DNA of 63,788 bases, filler included, from Cercozoa sp. M6MM (Eukaryota; Protista; Endomyxa: Ascetosporea), in assembly GCA_040357565.1 (NCBI GenBank). It is 11 parts of 11 records of this genome, joined end to end, with 100 filler letters (N's around TTAATTAATTAA, not from the genome) between each part and the next. Parts side by side here need not be neighbours in the genome. Positions count along the whole stretch, not along the records: positions 37,619 to 38,938 come from JBDODJ010002061.1; positions 39,039 to 54,907 come from JBDODJ010000297.1; 9 more parts are not named here. One strand, given 5' to 3'. The position numbers were made by a program, and so were the translations under genes. Of this stretch, positions 37,799 through 50,975 are shown piece by piece. Positions within the stretch are counted from its first letter, which is position 1. The number at the start of each line of letters is the position of its first letter. The notes below the pieces were generated by a model, which made no database searches, was not told the origin of the DNA, and worked only from the letters and a program-made list of their open reading frames with translations.

Positions 37799-37948
37799 CG
37801 CTATGAATTCGGTTACGCTAAAAATTACATTTGTTAGTTCAGTCAACTAAGAAGCCAAAGATATAGTTCTCCTGCACCAGTCCTGCGGGGTGGGTCACAA
37901 GCGCATAGCTGTAATCAACTCCCCTTTCTAACTAAATCACTGTCCAGG

Positions 37949-38938
37949 CTATTTCTCGTCTGATTCTTCGTCTGGTGAGACCGCGGGACGCACTCGAGCC
38001 TGCGAAGACGGCAGTCCAGCACCCCAGTCAGTCGTGTCCACGACATGATCGCAGATCGCGTTGAGTGTCTCAGTGCGATGATTCACAATGATGACGGTTG
38101 TGCCGCCTTGCTTCTGTGCCTTCTGGGGTACTGTTTCATTGCTGCTCTGTGACTCTCTGCGCAAAGCGTTGCTCAGGAAGCGTCGCAGATCGGCAAAGAA
38201 CTGCCGCTCCTCGTCCAGCGTGAGCGACGACGTCACTTCGTCCAGCAAAATCACGCTCGGCCGCGTCTTCTGCAAAGTACGCTCAGTGGACAGGTGCCTT
38301 TCAAAGCAAACGAGGCTAAAGCTGCGCGCGAAATAACCAAAGCTTCGCGCGAAACCCCCACAGCTTCGAGTGAAATCGCGAAAGCTTCGAGTGAAATCGC
38401 GACAGCTTCGAGTGAAATCGCGACAGCTTCGAGTGAAATCGCCAAAGCGGAAAGCAGAACAAAGCGAAATATGTGAGCGGAAAGAGCGAAAGCTACGTGA
38501 GGCTCCAGAGCGATGGCGCGCATCATAGAGAGTCGCGCGACCTGCGCACGCGACAGCGTCGACACCGGCGAGTTGAGGAAGCGCATGATGTCGACGTGTT
38601 CGTCGGTCTGATCGACGGTTTGATCGACGCTTCGATCGGTGTGATTGAGTAGCCACAGCTGCGTCAGGTAGATGATGTCATCGAGTGGCCACGTGACCAT
38701 AGGATCAGTCAGACTGCGCACGGCACCGTCACTAATGACACTGAGATCAATGGCGAGGTTGTTGGCCACCGTGCCTGGCACCAGCAGCGGCCGGTCCGAT
38801 ACGAGTGCCACGTGGCGCCGCACCGTCTCCGCGCGGACACGACGCGTGCTTACGCCGTACTAAGGAGGTAGGGGGGGGGTAATAGGGGGGTAAAAGAGTA
38901 AAGCTAAGCTACCAGTTCAATGTCACCGGCAGCCACGT
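37949..38938 (-). CDS. ABC transporter nucleotide-binding domain, degenerate; 3' part
   Basis: RRHVALVSDRPLLVPGTVANNL (Q-loop region), LSRAQVARLSMMRAI (signature region), Walker B VILLDEVTSSL and H-loop TVIIVNHR. Confidence 0.8.
38340..38445 (-). repeat. Intronic 21-bp minisatellite (AGCTTCGAGTGAAATCGCGAC on +)
   Basis: About 4-5 copies in the last ABC intron. Confidence 0.85.
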
Positions 38939-39038
38939 NNNNNNNNNNNNNNNNNNNNNNNNNNNNNNNNNNNNNNNNNNNNTTAATTAATTAANNNNNN
39001 NNNNNNNNNNNNNNNNNNNNNNNNNNNNNNNNNNNNNN

Positions 39039-39080
<42 letters not shown>

Positions 39081-39109
39081 ATACAGTGCATTCAATCACA
39101 TGTTGAAGG

Positions 39110-39784
39110 CTACCGTGCGGAGTTCTTGTCGCTGGCGAAGCAGTCGACGAGATGATCGACGCGACTGGCGAACTGCGCAGGCGGCGCCATCGAGCGCTCG
39201 AGTGACTGCAGAGTTGACGTCTCGGCACCCGAGCGACCGCTCAGCGCCGTGCGCAAGCGGTGCCGAGCACCGTCGAGAGCCTCAGTGTGCTTTCTGTCAA
39301 GGGAACAAGAGTCCAACCTCCCTACACAGAGTCGAAAATGTGAGGGGTACAGATCAAGCTCTCCGCTGGCGAAATCGAGGGCACGGCGTGCGGCGTAAGT
39401 CGAGATTACAAGGTCTGACTGCTTGGTCTTGAAAGCCAGGTCCTCGATGGCACTCACGTGCTTACGCACCTGCGGCAGGAGTTCCTTTCGCTGCTCTGGC
39501 GTCGCGCACTCCAAGTCTTGCAGCAGCAGGTCGCACAGCAAGTCCATGCAGTAGACACTGACGATTCCTGAATCACAAACAGATATATCTACACCAGGGC
39601 CACAAGGAAGACACATACCCTTGCCAACGAAGTGACGCTCCTTGTCATTACGGTTGTCGTAACTCTCAGTACTATGACCCTCCGGAATTTCGTGATACAC
39701 AGGCACGTGCGCCTGCACGTCGTGCCTGTCGTCCACCAGTTCCGCACGGCGTTCGGCGGAAGACTACTCGACACAGAACAGTAG

Positions 39785-39835
<51 letters not shown>

Positions 39836-41987
39836 TACACACTTAGAATGACTTGTATATATTTGTATGCGCGTGTATGTACCGAGACAAGGTCCCACGC
39901 GAACTCGAACCGCTCGAGTGTGGCACTGGGTGCGCGCGAGTGCATCAATCGGAACAGAGCGACCTGCAGTGTGCTCTCGTCGTATACTGGCGTGTGCAGC
40001 TCGTTCAGCGTCTGAGCCAGGTACTTGGTGGCCATGTCGCTCTCGGCTTCCATGCGTCGCTCGCGTTCGCGCAGATCGTCTTCGTCAAACGACACCTGCT
40101 TGAGGTAGCGCTGGCGATTCACAGACTCACCGAGCAGGACCTATGCTAGGAGATACTAACAAACAAAAGCCAAAGCAAGGCGATGTACCTGCAACTTGCG
40201 CTGTGCCTGCGACACAAAGCTACGCTTGGCTTGGAGCTTGCGATAGCTCTCGCCGCTCTTTCTCTCGGCCTCGATGGCGCGAGCAAGCAGTGCGCGGGCC
40301 GGATCCTCCTCGGACAAGCGGTCGCACACACTGAGCAGCTCGCGCTGCGTCTGCTCGTCGAGTGGCGCCGGCACCAAGACGTGCAGCTCGAACTCGAGCA
40401 CCTGCGTGTGCTTGTTAATGAGACACCGAGCGATGCGTCGTCTTGCCTGCAGCATGCGCAGCAGCATGATCAGGTCGGCCGCCAGTGCCTCAGTATTCGT
40501 CTCTCGGGAAGAGTGCTCCTGGGTGAGGTGCTCGACGGCCCACTGTGCCCACTGGTCAGACTCGGGACCACTCGTGTTGTCGTGCAACGGACGCCGGTTC
40601 TCGACCAGCAACTGTACCAAGTCACATATATATATATATATATATATTTATGTATATTTATGGGTACCTTGGCATCGGCGACGTCGATGGCTTTCTGCAC
40701 GAAAGGCGACTGCATGAGCGCCAGTGTGGATACCTCCAAGATGGAGCGCGATTGCATCGGCATACTTTTGCCGCTGGCAGTCAAGTCCAGGTCGGGCGCA
40801 ATGTCCTGCCTCATCGAGTGCAAGAGACGTCGCGTCTGCGGACGCGCTTGCACCAGGGCAAAGTGCACGGGCGTCTCCACCGCCGCCTGCAGCGCCTCCT
40901 CGGCCAGTTGCTGCGCCTGCTGTTTGATGGCTCGCACCTCCTGCTTACCCCCTTGCTGCTGCTCGAGGGCAGACAGGCATTTGGCAGACTCCTCAGCAAT
41001 CAGCAGGGCCACGCGCGACTCTGACAGGGCACGCCGCACGTACGCGCTGCCGGTGGCTGCCAGGTACTTCTGCGGCAGACCCACCCACGCCTCGAGAATC
41101 ATCGCCTAGAAGAAGCAAAGCGATCCATCGGGATAGGAACACACACACACACACGCACACACGGCGCATTGCGATACCTCCTTGCGAGCGCGCTGGACAG
41201 CACTGAAATCTCTGGTGGCCAGCTGACTGACTGCGTCTCGCTCGGCCTGACTTTGCGCACGCAGCGCGCCGTCCAACGCGACGCGAGTGACGAAGCGCGA
41301 CGCGTCGACCAGGAGACGCCAGTTCTGCGCGTTAAGCTCGTGCGCCGACCTCTTGAGGTCGGCAAGGGCCAGACTCGCGCGCTGCAGGCGCTCACGGGTG
41401 GCGTGCAGGTCGTTCGACGCCGCCAGCGAGTCCGGCACAGTGAGCAGTCGGGCAGCCTCGGTGAGCCACGACGTTTGCTGCAGCTTCTGGAGGCCGGGCA
41501 GTGTCTCGTTGAAGCGGCGCTGCGGTGCTGCAGCAGGCGCTTCCAAGGACCTTACTGGCTTCTGTTATGGGCCATTCAAAAATCAGGTGTAAATACGGTA
41601 TACACGTAGGGTGTGTGGTCAGAAAGTACGGCTTGAGAGGTCATCTCGCCGACACTGGGCAGATGGCCAAACTCATCGAAGGCAGGACCGTCGCGCCTGA
41701 CTGCAGACGCAGTTGTCTCGACCGGCCGCAGGACATGTTCGAGTGTGGCGATGCAGGCTTGGATGTGCCCACGCGACACCGCCGAAGTCGTGCTGGCCGC
41801 CGTTGCCGTGAGCAGCTTCTGCGCGCGCGCGACGTCGTCGAGCGGTAGACTACGCAGCTGATTGGTATACATGACAAAGCTGCGCCGCAGACCGGCCCAC
41901 TGCTTCTCTGTGACCGAGCTGAGGTCTCTGGTGTGGAGACTCGCCACAGCATCCTTGACTTTAGAGGCCATACATTATACAAAACAT

Positions 41988-42037
<50 letters not shown>

Positions 42038-43041
42038 ATATCAATCAAGAAGGACACGACACCATTGGGCGGTGTCAGTTTCCGCCTCGGCTGACTGCCT
42101 CCCTTCAGCGTGTTCAACGCCTTGGACAGCTCGGCCTGCTGCTTTGACGACTCCAGTTGCGTCGACGGTGTCGCGAAACCGTCGGGTCGCGACGGAGTAC
42201 TTTGCGACTTGCTCACCGTGACAGCCGACTTCTTGGCGGCCGCCTTGCTGCGCAGGTTGCACAACGCGGCTAGCATGCGGGCGCTGCCTTCAATCTCCTT
42301 GGACTACAGGTTCAGGCGTGCATACCCGTACCCCTACTCAGTGAGGACAGTGAGGACAGAGAGAACAAACCTGCGGCGTGTTCTTGCTAATTTGAGCGGC
42401 AGAACGAAGCGCATTGGCGGCATTCTGCAAATCTGACGTCGAGACTTCCTGCAGTATGTTTTTGTGTATCACGAGATTGCCGCGCAGCTTGCGCCAGGTC
42501 TGCGTCGGAATGCTGCGCAGCTTCTCGGCCGACATTGACTTAATGAACGTCGGAAGATTTTGCAATGCTGTAATGCACACACTCACATGCACATACATGT
42601 GCATAAGAAACCACGCACAGAGAGCGTAGAAAGAACTACCATGAGCAAAGGATGCGCTGTCAAACTTTGGCGCCGCCTCAGCCTTAGCGGCGCTGGCTGC
42701 TCGCTGCGCCATACGGGCCTCCCGCGTGGTCACACTCTGCGCAATCAAAGTGCTGATCTGTTGCGCCGACAGGCGCTGCATCGGCTGCAGCGACGGCACG
42801 GCGCCACGCAGTGACTTGAGAGCATCCTGCACGACCTGCTCAGGCACCTTGTCCAGTCTCTCGATTCCGTTGACCACGTGGAGTCGCAGCTTGTTCCACA
42901 AGCCTGCAGGGATCTGTACAAGCATGCATACACATACAAAGCGAGTGACAGCAACCTCTACTTATGAGACCCAAGTACCCGTGCCATCACATCCTTCTGG
43001 TCGCCGAGTTTCGCCAGATCCCAACACGCTACGCAAAGTGG

Positions 43042-43100
<59 letters not shown>

Positions 43101-46100
43101 CACACACACAAACATGCGCAGGAAAAAAAGACACAGCAGTAAAGAGGGATACCTGACTCGAGACTGCGGAATTGAGGTAGTTGCACCCGAGGCATCGAGG
43201 TTGCCTCCATGTCCGCACTCGGTCTGACAGCCGGCACCGTGTCAGCGACCGATGTCGGTTTGACCGATGTGTCGGCAGAACCCGACAGTGCGAACGGTCG
43301 CGTGAGCAATGGTACCGATGACTTTGACACGGATGCTGTAGGCAGCACAGGCATTTTTGTTGGCTGCTGCTGGAGGGAGGCTTGCTCAACGAGACGTCCC
43401 AGAGCCTCCGTCAGACCGCCGGCGTCGGCACCGTGCACCGCCGATGGCCACTCAGAGGTCACTGTGTGTTGCAGCGACTTGAACAGCGAGGGCGGCAGAT
43501 GACCGTACCGCGACTGATCGCGTATCAGTAGAAGTGCCAGTTGCTTGAGCGACTTAGATGGAATGACTCGACTCTCGTCGGGCTCGATACGGATCAAAAA
43601 TTTGAGCACTGCGAACACAGAGACAGTGTTTGGTAGTACAGGAAGGAGGGAGGGTGAAAGAGGTACGACAGGCCAGCCTACCCTGCTCGCCACTGGATGG
43701 AAACTTGGTCATCACTTTCTGCTGCAGCAGAAGATTTGAGGCGAGTTCCTTGACTGTGCCGACTGCAGCAGTCAGCTCCGTGTTCGCCTTGCCGGCAGAC
43801 AGGTCTGCCGACACAGAGTCGAGCTGTTGGACCGCATTCTGACAGGCGTCAGTGGACGCAGCAAGTGCAGAGCCCGACGAAGCTTGTGTCTCCAGCAGCT
43901 GCGCTACGTGCTGCCAGTAGCCAAGAGGGAGCTGTGCCAACGACTTGCTCTGGGTAGTCGACAGGGTGGCAAGTGCTGCACAGGGTGTGAGGTTATATCA
44001 CACACACACACACATGCGCGCGTGCGCATAGCATGGAGAGAGACTAAGGTACCTTCACTGACATTTCCAGGCAGTGGCTTGGCCGCTGGTTTCTTGACAG
44101 GCTCAACGACCGACTTAGTCACTGGCTCGGCCACCACCGGCTCTGTTTTCATAGCTTGCTTGGGTGTCGATCGCTTCTGCAGCTCCATCTGCAACTGACG
44201 GGTCAAGCCTTGCGCGTACGGCTACAGAAGAAAACACATACACCCAGGCATATGCAGAAGAGTCTAGAGGCACAAAACAACAAGCAAGAAGAAGGTGGCA
44301 TACCAGCGATTCCTGCGGCAGGAGTGGCAGCGTGTTGGCCAGCAGTCGCGATGACGACACGAGCAGCGCTGTGTCGGCACCGGCAAGGTCTCTCGGTTTC
44401 AACAAGAGAGTGCGTAGCACCGACTGCGATAGCGAGGGCACCAGCTGCTCCGGCGACAGTTTCGACCGTGTCAACACCGATAGTGCTGAGGTAGCGACAG
44501 CGCGTTATACACGCGACACACTTGCACATACACGAAATATGCATACCCTGCTCGAAGCTGCCGTCGAGTTTGAGAGGCAGTGTAGGCGCTGCCTTGGCAG
44601 GAGGAGCAGTCTTTGACGGAACAGTTCTGGCAGGCTTCCTCTTGACGGCAGGGGCGACGGACGACCTCCGAGCTACTTGTCGCAGCATCAGCGCTGCCTC
44701 CTGAACCGCCCTCGCCTGCGTGGAGCAAAGGTGGAAGCAAGATTCACTCACGGAAAGCTCAACAAAACAACGCACCTCGCCGGATAGTTTGCCAGCACGC
44801 TCCAAAACCGAAAGTGCTTCCTTCTTGACTTGCATGGGCAACTGCACCAGACACCTTAAGTAATCAAGCAGGTCGTCCCTCAGAAAGGAGACAGTACCTC
44901 TGCTGTGCGACGAAGGTCTTTGGCCAGCAGGTGCGCCAGGTGGTGCCACACTTCACCTGGCACGGACTGGAACAGCTCGTTCGCACTCGGGTTTCGGCCA
45001 GCCTTGATCAAGTTGCCTGCTCACATGCGCCCAGATTTGCATAAAGAAACCAATGACACACACACGCACGCACGCACGCACGCATGCACGCACGCAGCAT
45101 GTCCTCAAATACCGAGAGCATCGGCCACATTCGTGCGACTCAAAATCAAGGTCGGTTTCGGTTTCGGTTTCGCGACCTCGGGTTTCGCGACCTCTGGCCT
45201 GGCGGCGGCATACGCCGAGGCTGCGTCTGAGGGCACAAAGATACCACAGTCACAGTCACAGCTAACAAGCACACAGCCGCTGCTTTTATTGGGGAGGCGT
45301 ACCAGCGGCAGGCGATCTGGCGCGCAGGATGCGCTCGAGATGCCGTCTAATACGAGTCATCGACAGGTGCTAAGACACAAAGGCGACAGACACATCAGCG
45401 AAAGGTAACACAATCACAGTGCAGGAGGTACCCGCATGGAGCCCGGAGTTTCCGCAACGGCAGCGTCGTGCAGCTGCTTACACGCGCGCACCAGGGCCTC
45501 GCTATCGAGAGACACCGTGTCGCGCATATTTATGGTCAGCACGCGGTGCAAGGCCGACAGACTGTGTGCACCCAGGTCGGACATGGCTTCCTTGTTCAGG
45601 TCGCCGAGTGTCTTGATGGCTACAATATAAGTGGATACGAAGAACAAAATGCAACCATAGTTACTGGTACCACGCGCTGCGCTGCTTAGATCCAGCACGT
45701 GCCCTTCCGTCAGTTCAACGACTGTCGAGGAAAGACTCTCAGGCTTGGGCGCAGGCGTCGCCACAGGAGTCTTCTTGACCAGAGTATGGGCACCAGCCAG
45801 TGCCTCTGGTCGCTGCAGCTTAACCTGTGTTCCTGGTCCTTGCAACTTGGCTTGTGCCTATAAGGTCACACACGTATCCACACGTACGCACACGCATACA
45901 CAGGCTAACAGCGATACCGCTTGCTTGTGCGACAAAAGTGCACGCGATAGTGCGCGTCCGATATCGGCAACATGCGCCTTGGACTACAGGAGAATACAGT
46001 GGTGTATAGAGGGATAGCAGATGGGAAGAAAGTACCGCAGGGTCGACTGCATCGACGGCGAGCCTCATGGTCTCGGTGGCGCCGCGAAGAGTGTCGACAG

Positions 46101-48103
46101 GCATGTGTTCCAGCACGCGAAGGTCGCGATTCACGGCACGAACGGCCTTCTCCCAGGTCTCCGAGGGGAGCTGCTTGAGCACACCAGCCGACACGGCGCC
46201 GTCGGCGGCAAAATGCGTCACAAAGTCCGTCGCACTTGTGGCCTGTTTGAACTGTGCAAGCAAGGACTCGCTTGGTGACATAGTTGGCTTCACTGCCTTG
46301 ACCTTGTCCGACAGCGTGCGCGATTCCGTCGGGCCGGCTTGACGCTGACTGAGTTTGCCAACAAAGCTCTTGGCATCTGTGCAGACACGGATACACAAAC
46401 GGCTCGCTGTAACACCAAAGAAGCAACGAACCCTCCAGAGGACCTTTCACAGGCGCAGTTGGGTGCAGCAAACGCACGGCGTCCCCAAGTGTCATCAACA
46501 GCGGACCCTAATGACAACAGTTCGAGGTGCGCGCACCAAGTCAGAGACGCAAGAGCTGAGGTACAGTGGAAGCTTGCTGCGGCAGTGCACGGGCCATGCT
46601 GACGAGTTGCTCGGCGGCAGCACGTGTCACGTCGGCGTCCAGTTGCAGGCACTGCGGCCGCTGCAGCACAACGCCGCGGTGCAGGTCGCACCACACCTCC
46701 GCTGGCACCTGCTGCAGTGACAGAGCGGTGTCTGCCGTGCCGGCGTTCTTGCTCTTGCCCAGCAGCGACAGCACGGCATCGGGCCGGCCGTTTTCAATCA
46801 GCAGCGAGAAGAGTGCAGGCGTCTGCCACGCGGCCTGCGGCAGTTCCAAAGGAGTCGCCTGCTTGCACAGGTTTCTGGCAAGTCGCCCCACATTTCTCTT
46901 GAGCCAGCGCGTGCCGTTGTCTCCAAGATCACCGAACGCGCGCAGTGTCGTGACCAAGTTGACCATAGTTGCCATTGGGAGCTTCAAAACTGCCTTCGCG
47001 TTACTCAGCTTTGCGACAAAGTCGCGCACCTCAGCCGAGGCAGCCTACACACATAGTAGCGTATAGACATCGTAGTGTAGGAGTGGTACCACTTCCTCCG
47101 CCGAGTCAAAGACCTCGATGTCCTTGCAGCGCTGAATGAACGTCTTGGTGACAGGAGCAGTAGGGGCGGCAGTAGGGGCAGTAGGGGCGGCAGTAGGGGC
47201 AGTAGGGGCAGCAGTCGGGGCGGCAGCAGCAGTCGTCTCGCCAACTCCCTCGTCCTCGCGCACGGTAGCGCCTGCTGCCTCGATGGTGCCTGCTGTTTCA
47301 GTCTTGGTCTCAGTCTTGGTCTCAGTCTTGGTCTCAATCGTCGCAGTTTTGGTTTCAGTCACGGCAGCAGACTGCTGGAGCATGCGATCCAGCACCTCCT
47401 GTCGGCGCAGCTCACGTTGTTGACGCAGCTGCTGCTGTTCGCGCTGCCGTTCGCTTTCCTGCCGCTGCTTCCAACTCTGCTCGCGTGTAGTTCGCTCTTT
47501 CTGCCGCCGCCGTAGCGCCTCTGCGTAACCGGACGAACCAGGACGAGGTAGTGCACGGGCCGATGGAGGTCGCTTCTTGGTGACTAGCACGGAGCGAGCC
47601 GTGTCTCGCAGAAGTTTGGGCGCAGCCGTGTCATGTTGCAGCATGCCGAGCAACGTCGCACTCCACACGCTGAGTTTCTTGGTAGAAGCTGCACACACAA
47701 TGCACATGTGTGGCTGGGTAAATAATCACAAGAAATGTGCTCAAGGTGGTGCATACGCATCAGAATGCTTCGAAGCACTGCTTGCGCGTGCACAAGATCG
47801 TCTTGCGACCAAGTGTCCTCAGGGCCGTACTCTTGTGCGAGGGAGTTTGCGACTCGCGCAACAAAGGCCGGCGTGGCCTCACGGAGAGAGCCAAGATCCT
47901 CGTTCTACAGAAGCGCTTTGGTCAAAAACGAAAAGCAGTCACCCTTCAAGCGAATGAACCTCGATGCTCGCCAGAAGTCCTTCGTACTGAGGGGTCACAG
48001 CCCTCGCGATGCGGTGTCGGATGGAGTCTTTGTAGACTTGCTGCAGCTCGGCTGCCAAAGGCGCCGTCTCTTCGGCACCCGGGGTGCTGCAGACCACAGG
48101 GAT

Positions 48104-48152
<49 letters not shown>

Positions 48153-48162
48153 NNNNNNNNNN

Positions 48163-48210
<48 letters not shown>

Positions 48211-50913
48211 CCACAGCCACAGCCACAGCAGAAGCAAAAAGAAAGAACTCACAGCCAGTTCTGCAGGCGAGCAAGAGTGTCGCAAGCCTCGGAAGTGCTC
48301 GTGCACGCATCCCGCACGGCATCGGCCACGAGGAGGAGCATAACCTCGCGCGTCTGCTCGACGTCGCCGCTGTCATCAAATTGCACGTCGAACTCGGACG
48401 TCAGTCTGAGCATGCGTTGGTGCAGATTGTCGTCAATCGGCGTTTCAGTCCTGGTGGCACCCTGTCTCTGCAGGTAGGTCTGCAGGTGCACGAGGCGTAG
48501 GGCGGCGAAAGCAACGTCGGCAGGCAGAGACCTGGACTGTGTCTCATGCGGCAACTTGGACTCCACCAGAAGCTGCCACAGACGGTCTGCGTTGGCCAGG
48601 TCGGTGGCAGAGCGACTCAGCACGTGCGCTGCTGCCAGCGCGGTGATCTCGCCGCTCTCGATGCTCGGCCTGAGGAACTCCACCGCCACGTCGAACGACA
48701 GGTCACTGCCGCACGCCGCCTGTGGCAGAAAACATCGCGCTCACGAAAGCAGAGATCATGAGTTGGTGCACGCACCTGGATGGCCTCCAAGTGGTGCAAC
48801 CGCGGTGTCTCGTCGTCCAACAGTCGCAGCGCCTGCACCGACGTGCTGTGCTCGGCGGAATGCGCGAGACGCACCAGCGACTGAACGCCGACGTTTCGCA
48901 TTCTACCACATCACGTAGGTCGCATGTCATTGCTCAAACATTGCTCGCACAGTGGAAATAAACAAGAGAAGCAGTAGAGGGCAGGTACGAGTGCTGGAAG
49001 AGAGACGGGTGCTCAACGAGGTGCTTGAGGATCTCGGCGCCGACCCTGCCGCCATCTTGTTGCGACAACAGGTGCATGTGCACACGGCGCGTCGCATCTC
49101 GGCGGAGATCATCCGAAACACGGCGAGTTTGCACTGCACACAAAAACAACAAAGGTAGAGGACACATACACACACAAACACGCGCGCGCGCAGACATATG
49201 GGTTTCCACGCAGCTCGAGCTTAATGATACCGCGTGTGAGCGACACGTCGAGTGCAGGGTCGTTCGCCGTGTGGAACTGCAGCAGCGACAGGCGCAGCGA
49301 GTCGGGTGGCAGGTTCTTGGTTGCGTGCTGCAGCAGGACGGCACGCTCCAGCGGCAAAAGCTAGAGGCACAACGCACACATACACAAGCACACACATAGG
49401 CACAGGCACAAGCACAGTAAAAAGCACAAAGATGGCAGAAGACAGAGGTAGACGACAGCGGTACCTTGTCAGTGGACATGGCCTCTTCAAAGGCACGGAT
49501 ATCCGCCTGTGCCACAGCGTCGGCAGCAGCGAAGAAGGCATCGGCGTCGCCGACGGCAAAGTTGTCGCGCGGCCGCACGAGACTGCCGAGCAGGCGCAGC
49601 AGTGTGCCTTGAGTCTCAAGGTCCAACTCGAGCGACAGCGCCGGCAGCGAAGGCAGTTTCCGCGTTTGCCAACTTGAGACGAACGAGAAGGCCTCGAAGC
49701 TACTGTCACCCGATTTGGCACGCAGCAGCCACGGCACATGATACTGCAAACCGTGCAGCAGCTCGAGTCGCGCCATGTCATGGTACAGCGGCAGCGATTG
49801 CGCCTCAAGTCGCTGCACCAGGACGCGCAAGTCCTGAGACGCCTGAATCAAGGCGAGCTTGCGCTCCTTGGGCGCGTCGTTAGCCTGGGTTTCCTCTGTC
49901 GTTGCCATCGGCGCCAGGAACTCGCGTACGGCACGCATGGCGACCACCGGAGCCACAAGCATCTGACACAGCTGCGTCGCCGACCTCTGCAACTGCACGG
50001 GATCCACGCTCTCGTCGCAGTCTTGCCGTTGCTCTGTTCGCTCACACTCGCATATAAGGGTTCATACAATTGCACACGCACACTTGTTATACAAAAATGC
50101 ACGTGTGCACCTTCTTGCTGCTGAGCGAGGAATGCAACGTCTTCGGCCAGTTGCAAGCGATCGGTCGCGGAGACGTTTCGCTCAACGTCGGCCGGAGTGA
50201 GGAAATCGCTGTGAACGAAGCGCTGAACCTCTTCGTCCGTGGCATGAGTCCAGCAAAGGTCACGCACATCGCGGACCTCGGCTAGCTGGTCGCGTAGTAA
50301 ACTCACTCCCCTCTCGTAGTCAGTCAGACAGATGTTGGCTGCCGCGGTCCCATCGAGAGAGCGCGCGACCTCGTCGATAACGCTCTGCTTGGCCAGTTCC
50401 GACCAGTGCTCTGGCGGCACTGCGTCTATCGTTGTCTGCAGTGCCGACTCGCACGCCAAGGTGACCTGCCGGACCACGTCGCGGTTCGACGTGGACTCCA
50501 GTGCCGCGCGCAGCTGCGTCAGGTCAGGTGCTGGCGCTCGCAGCGGAAGCACCTGGCGCAGCAGCATCGCACGCACCGCCGAGGTCACAGACGTCGTTCG
50601 CATGCCGAGGGCATCGAGACTGCACAACTGCTCGAGCGCAGTACGCCACTGTGCCGCAAGTCGACTCTGCTCCTTGCTGCTGACCTCGCCGTCGGCATAG
50701 TCGTCCAGTGCGGCACCGAGTGTCCGGCGCAACAGCGACGACAGTTTGCTAATGTCGCACAGCACGGCCACCGAAGGCATCTCGGCCAGCATGTGCAGAA
50801 CCTTAAACTGCACCGAGTCGCGCGGGTCGGCAAGGCCAATGGCGAGCAGCGCATCACACGCATTTCGCATCTCGAGCAGCACCTGTCGCGACGACCAGGC
50901 GCTCTTGCCGTAG

Positions 50914-50975
<62 letters not shown>

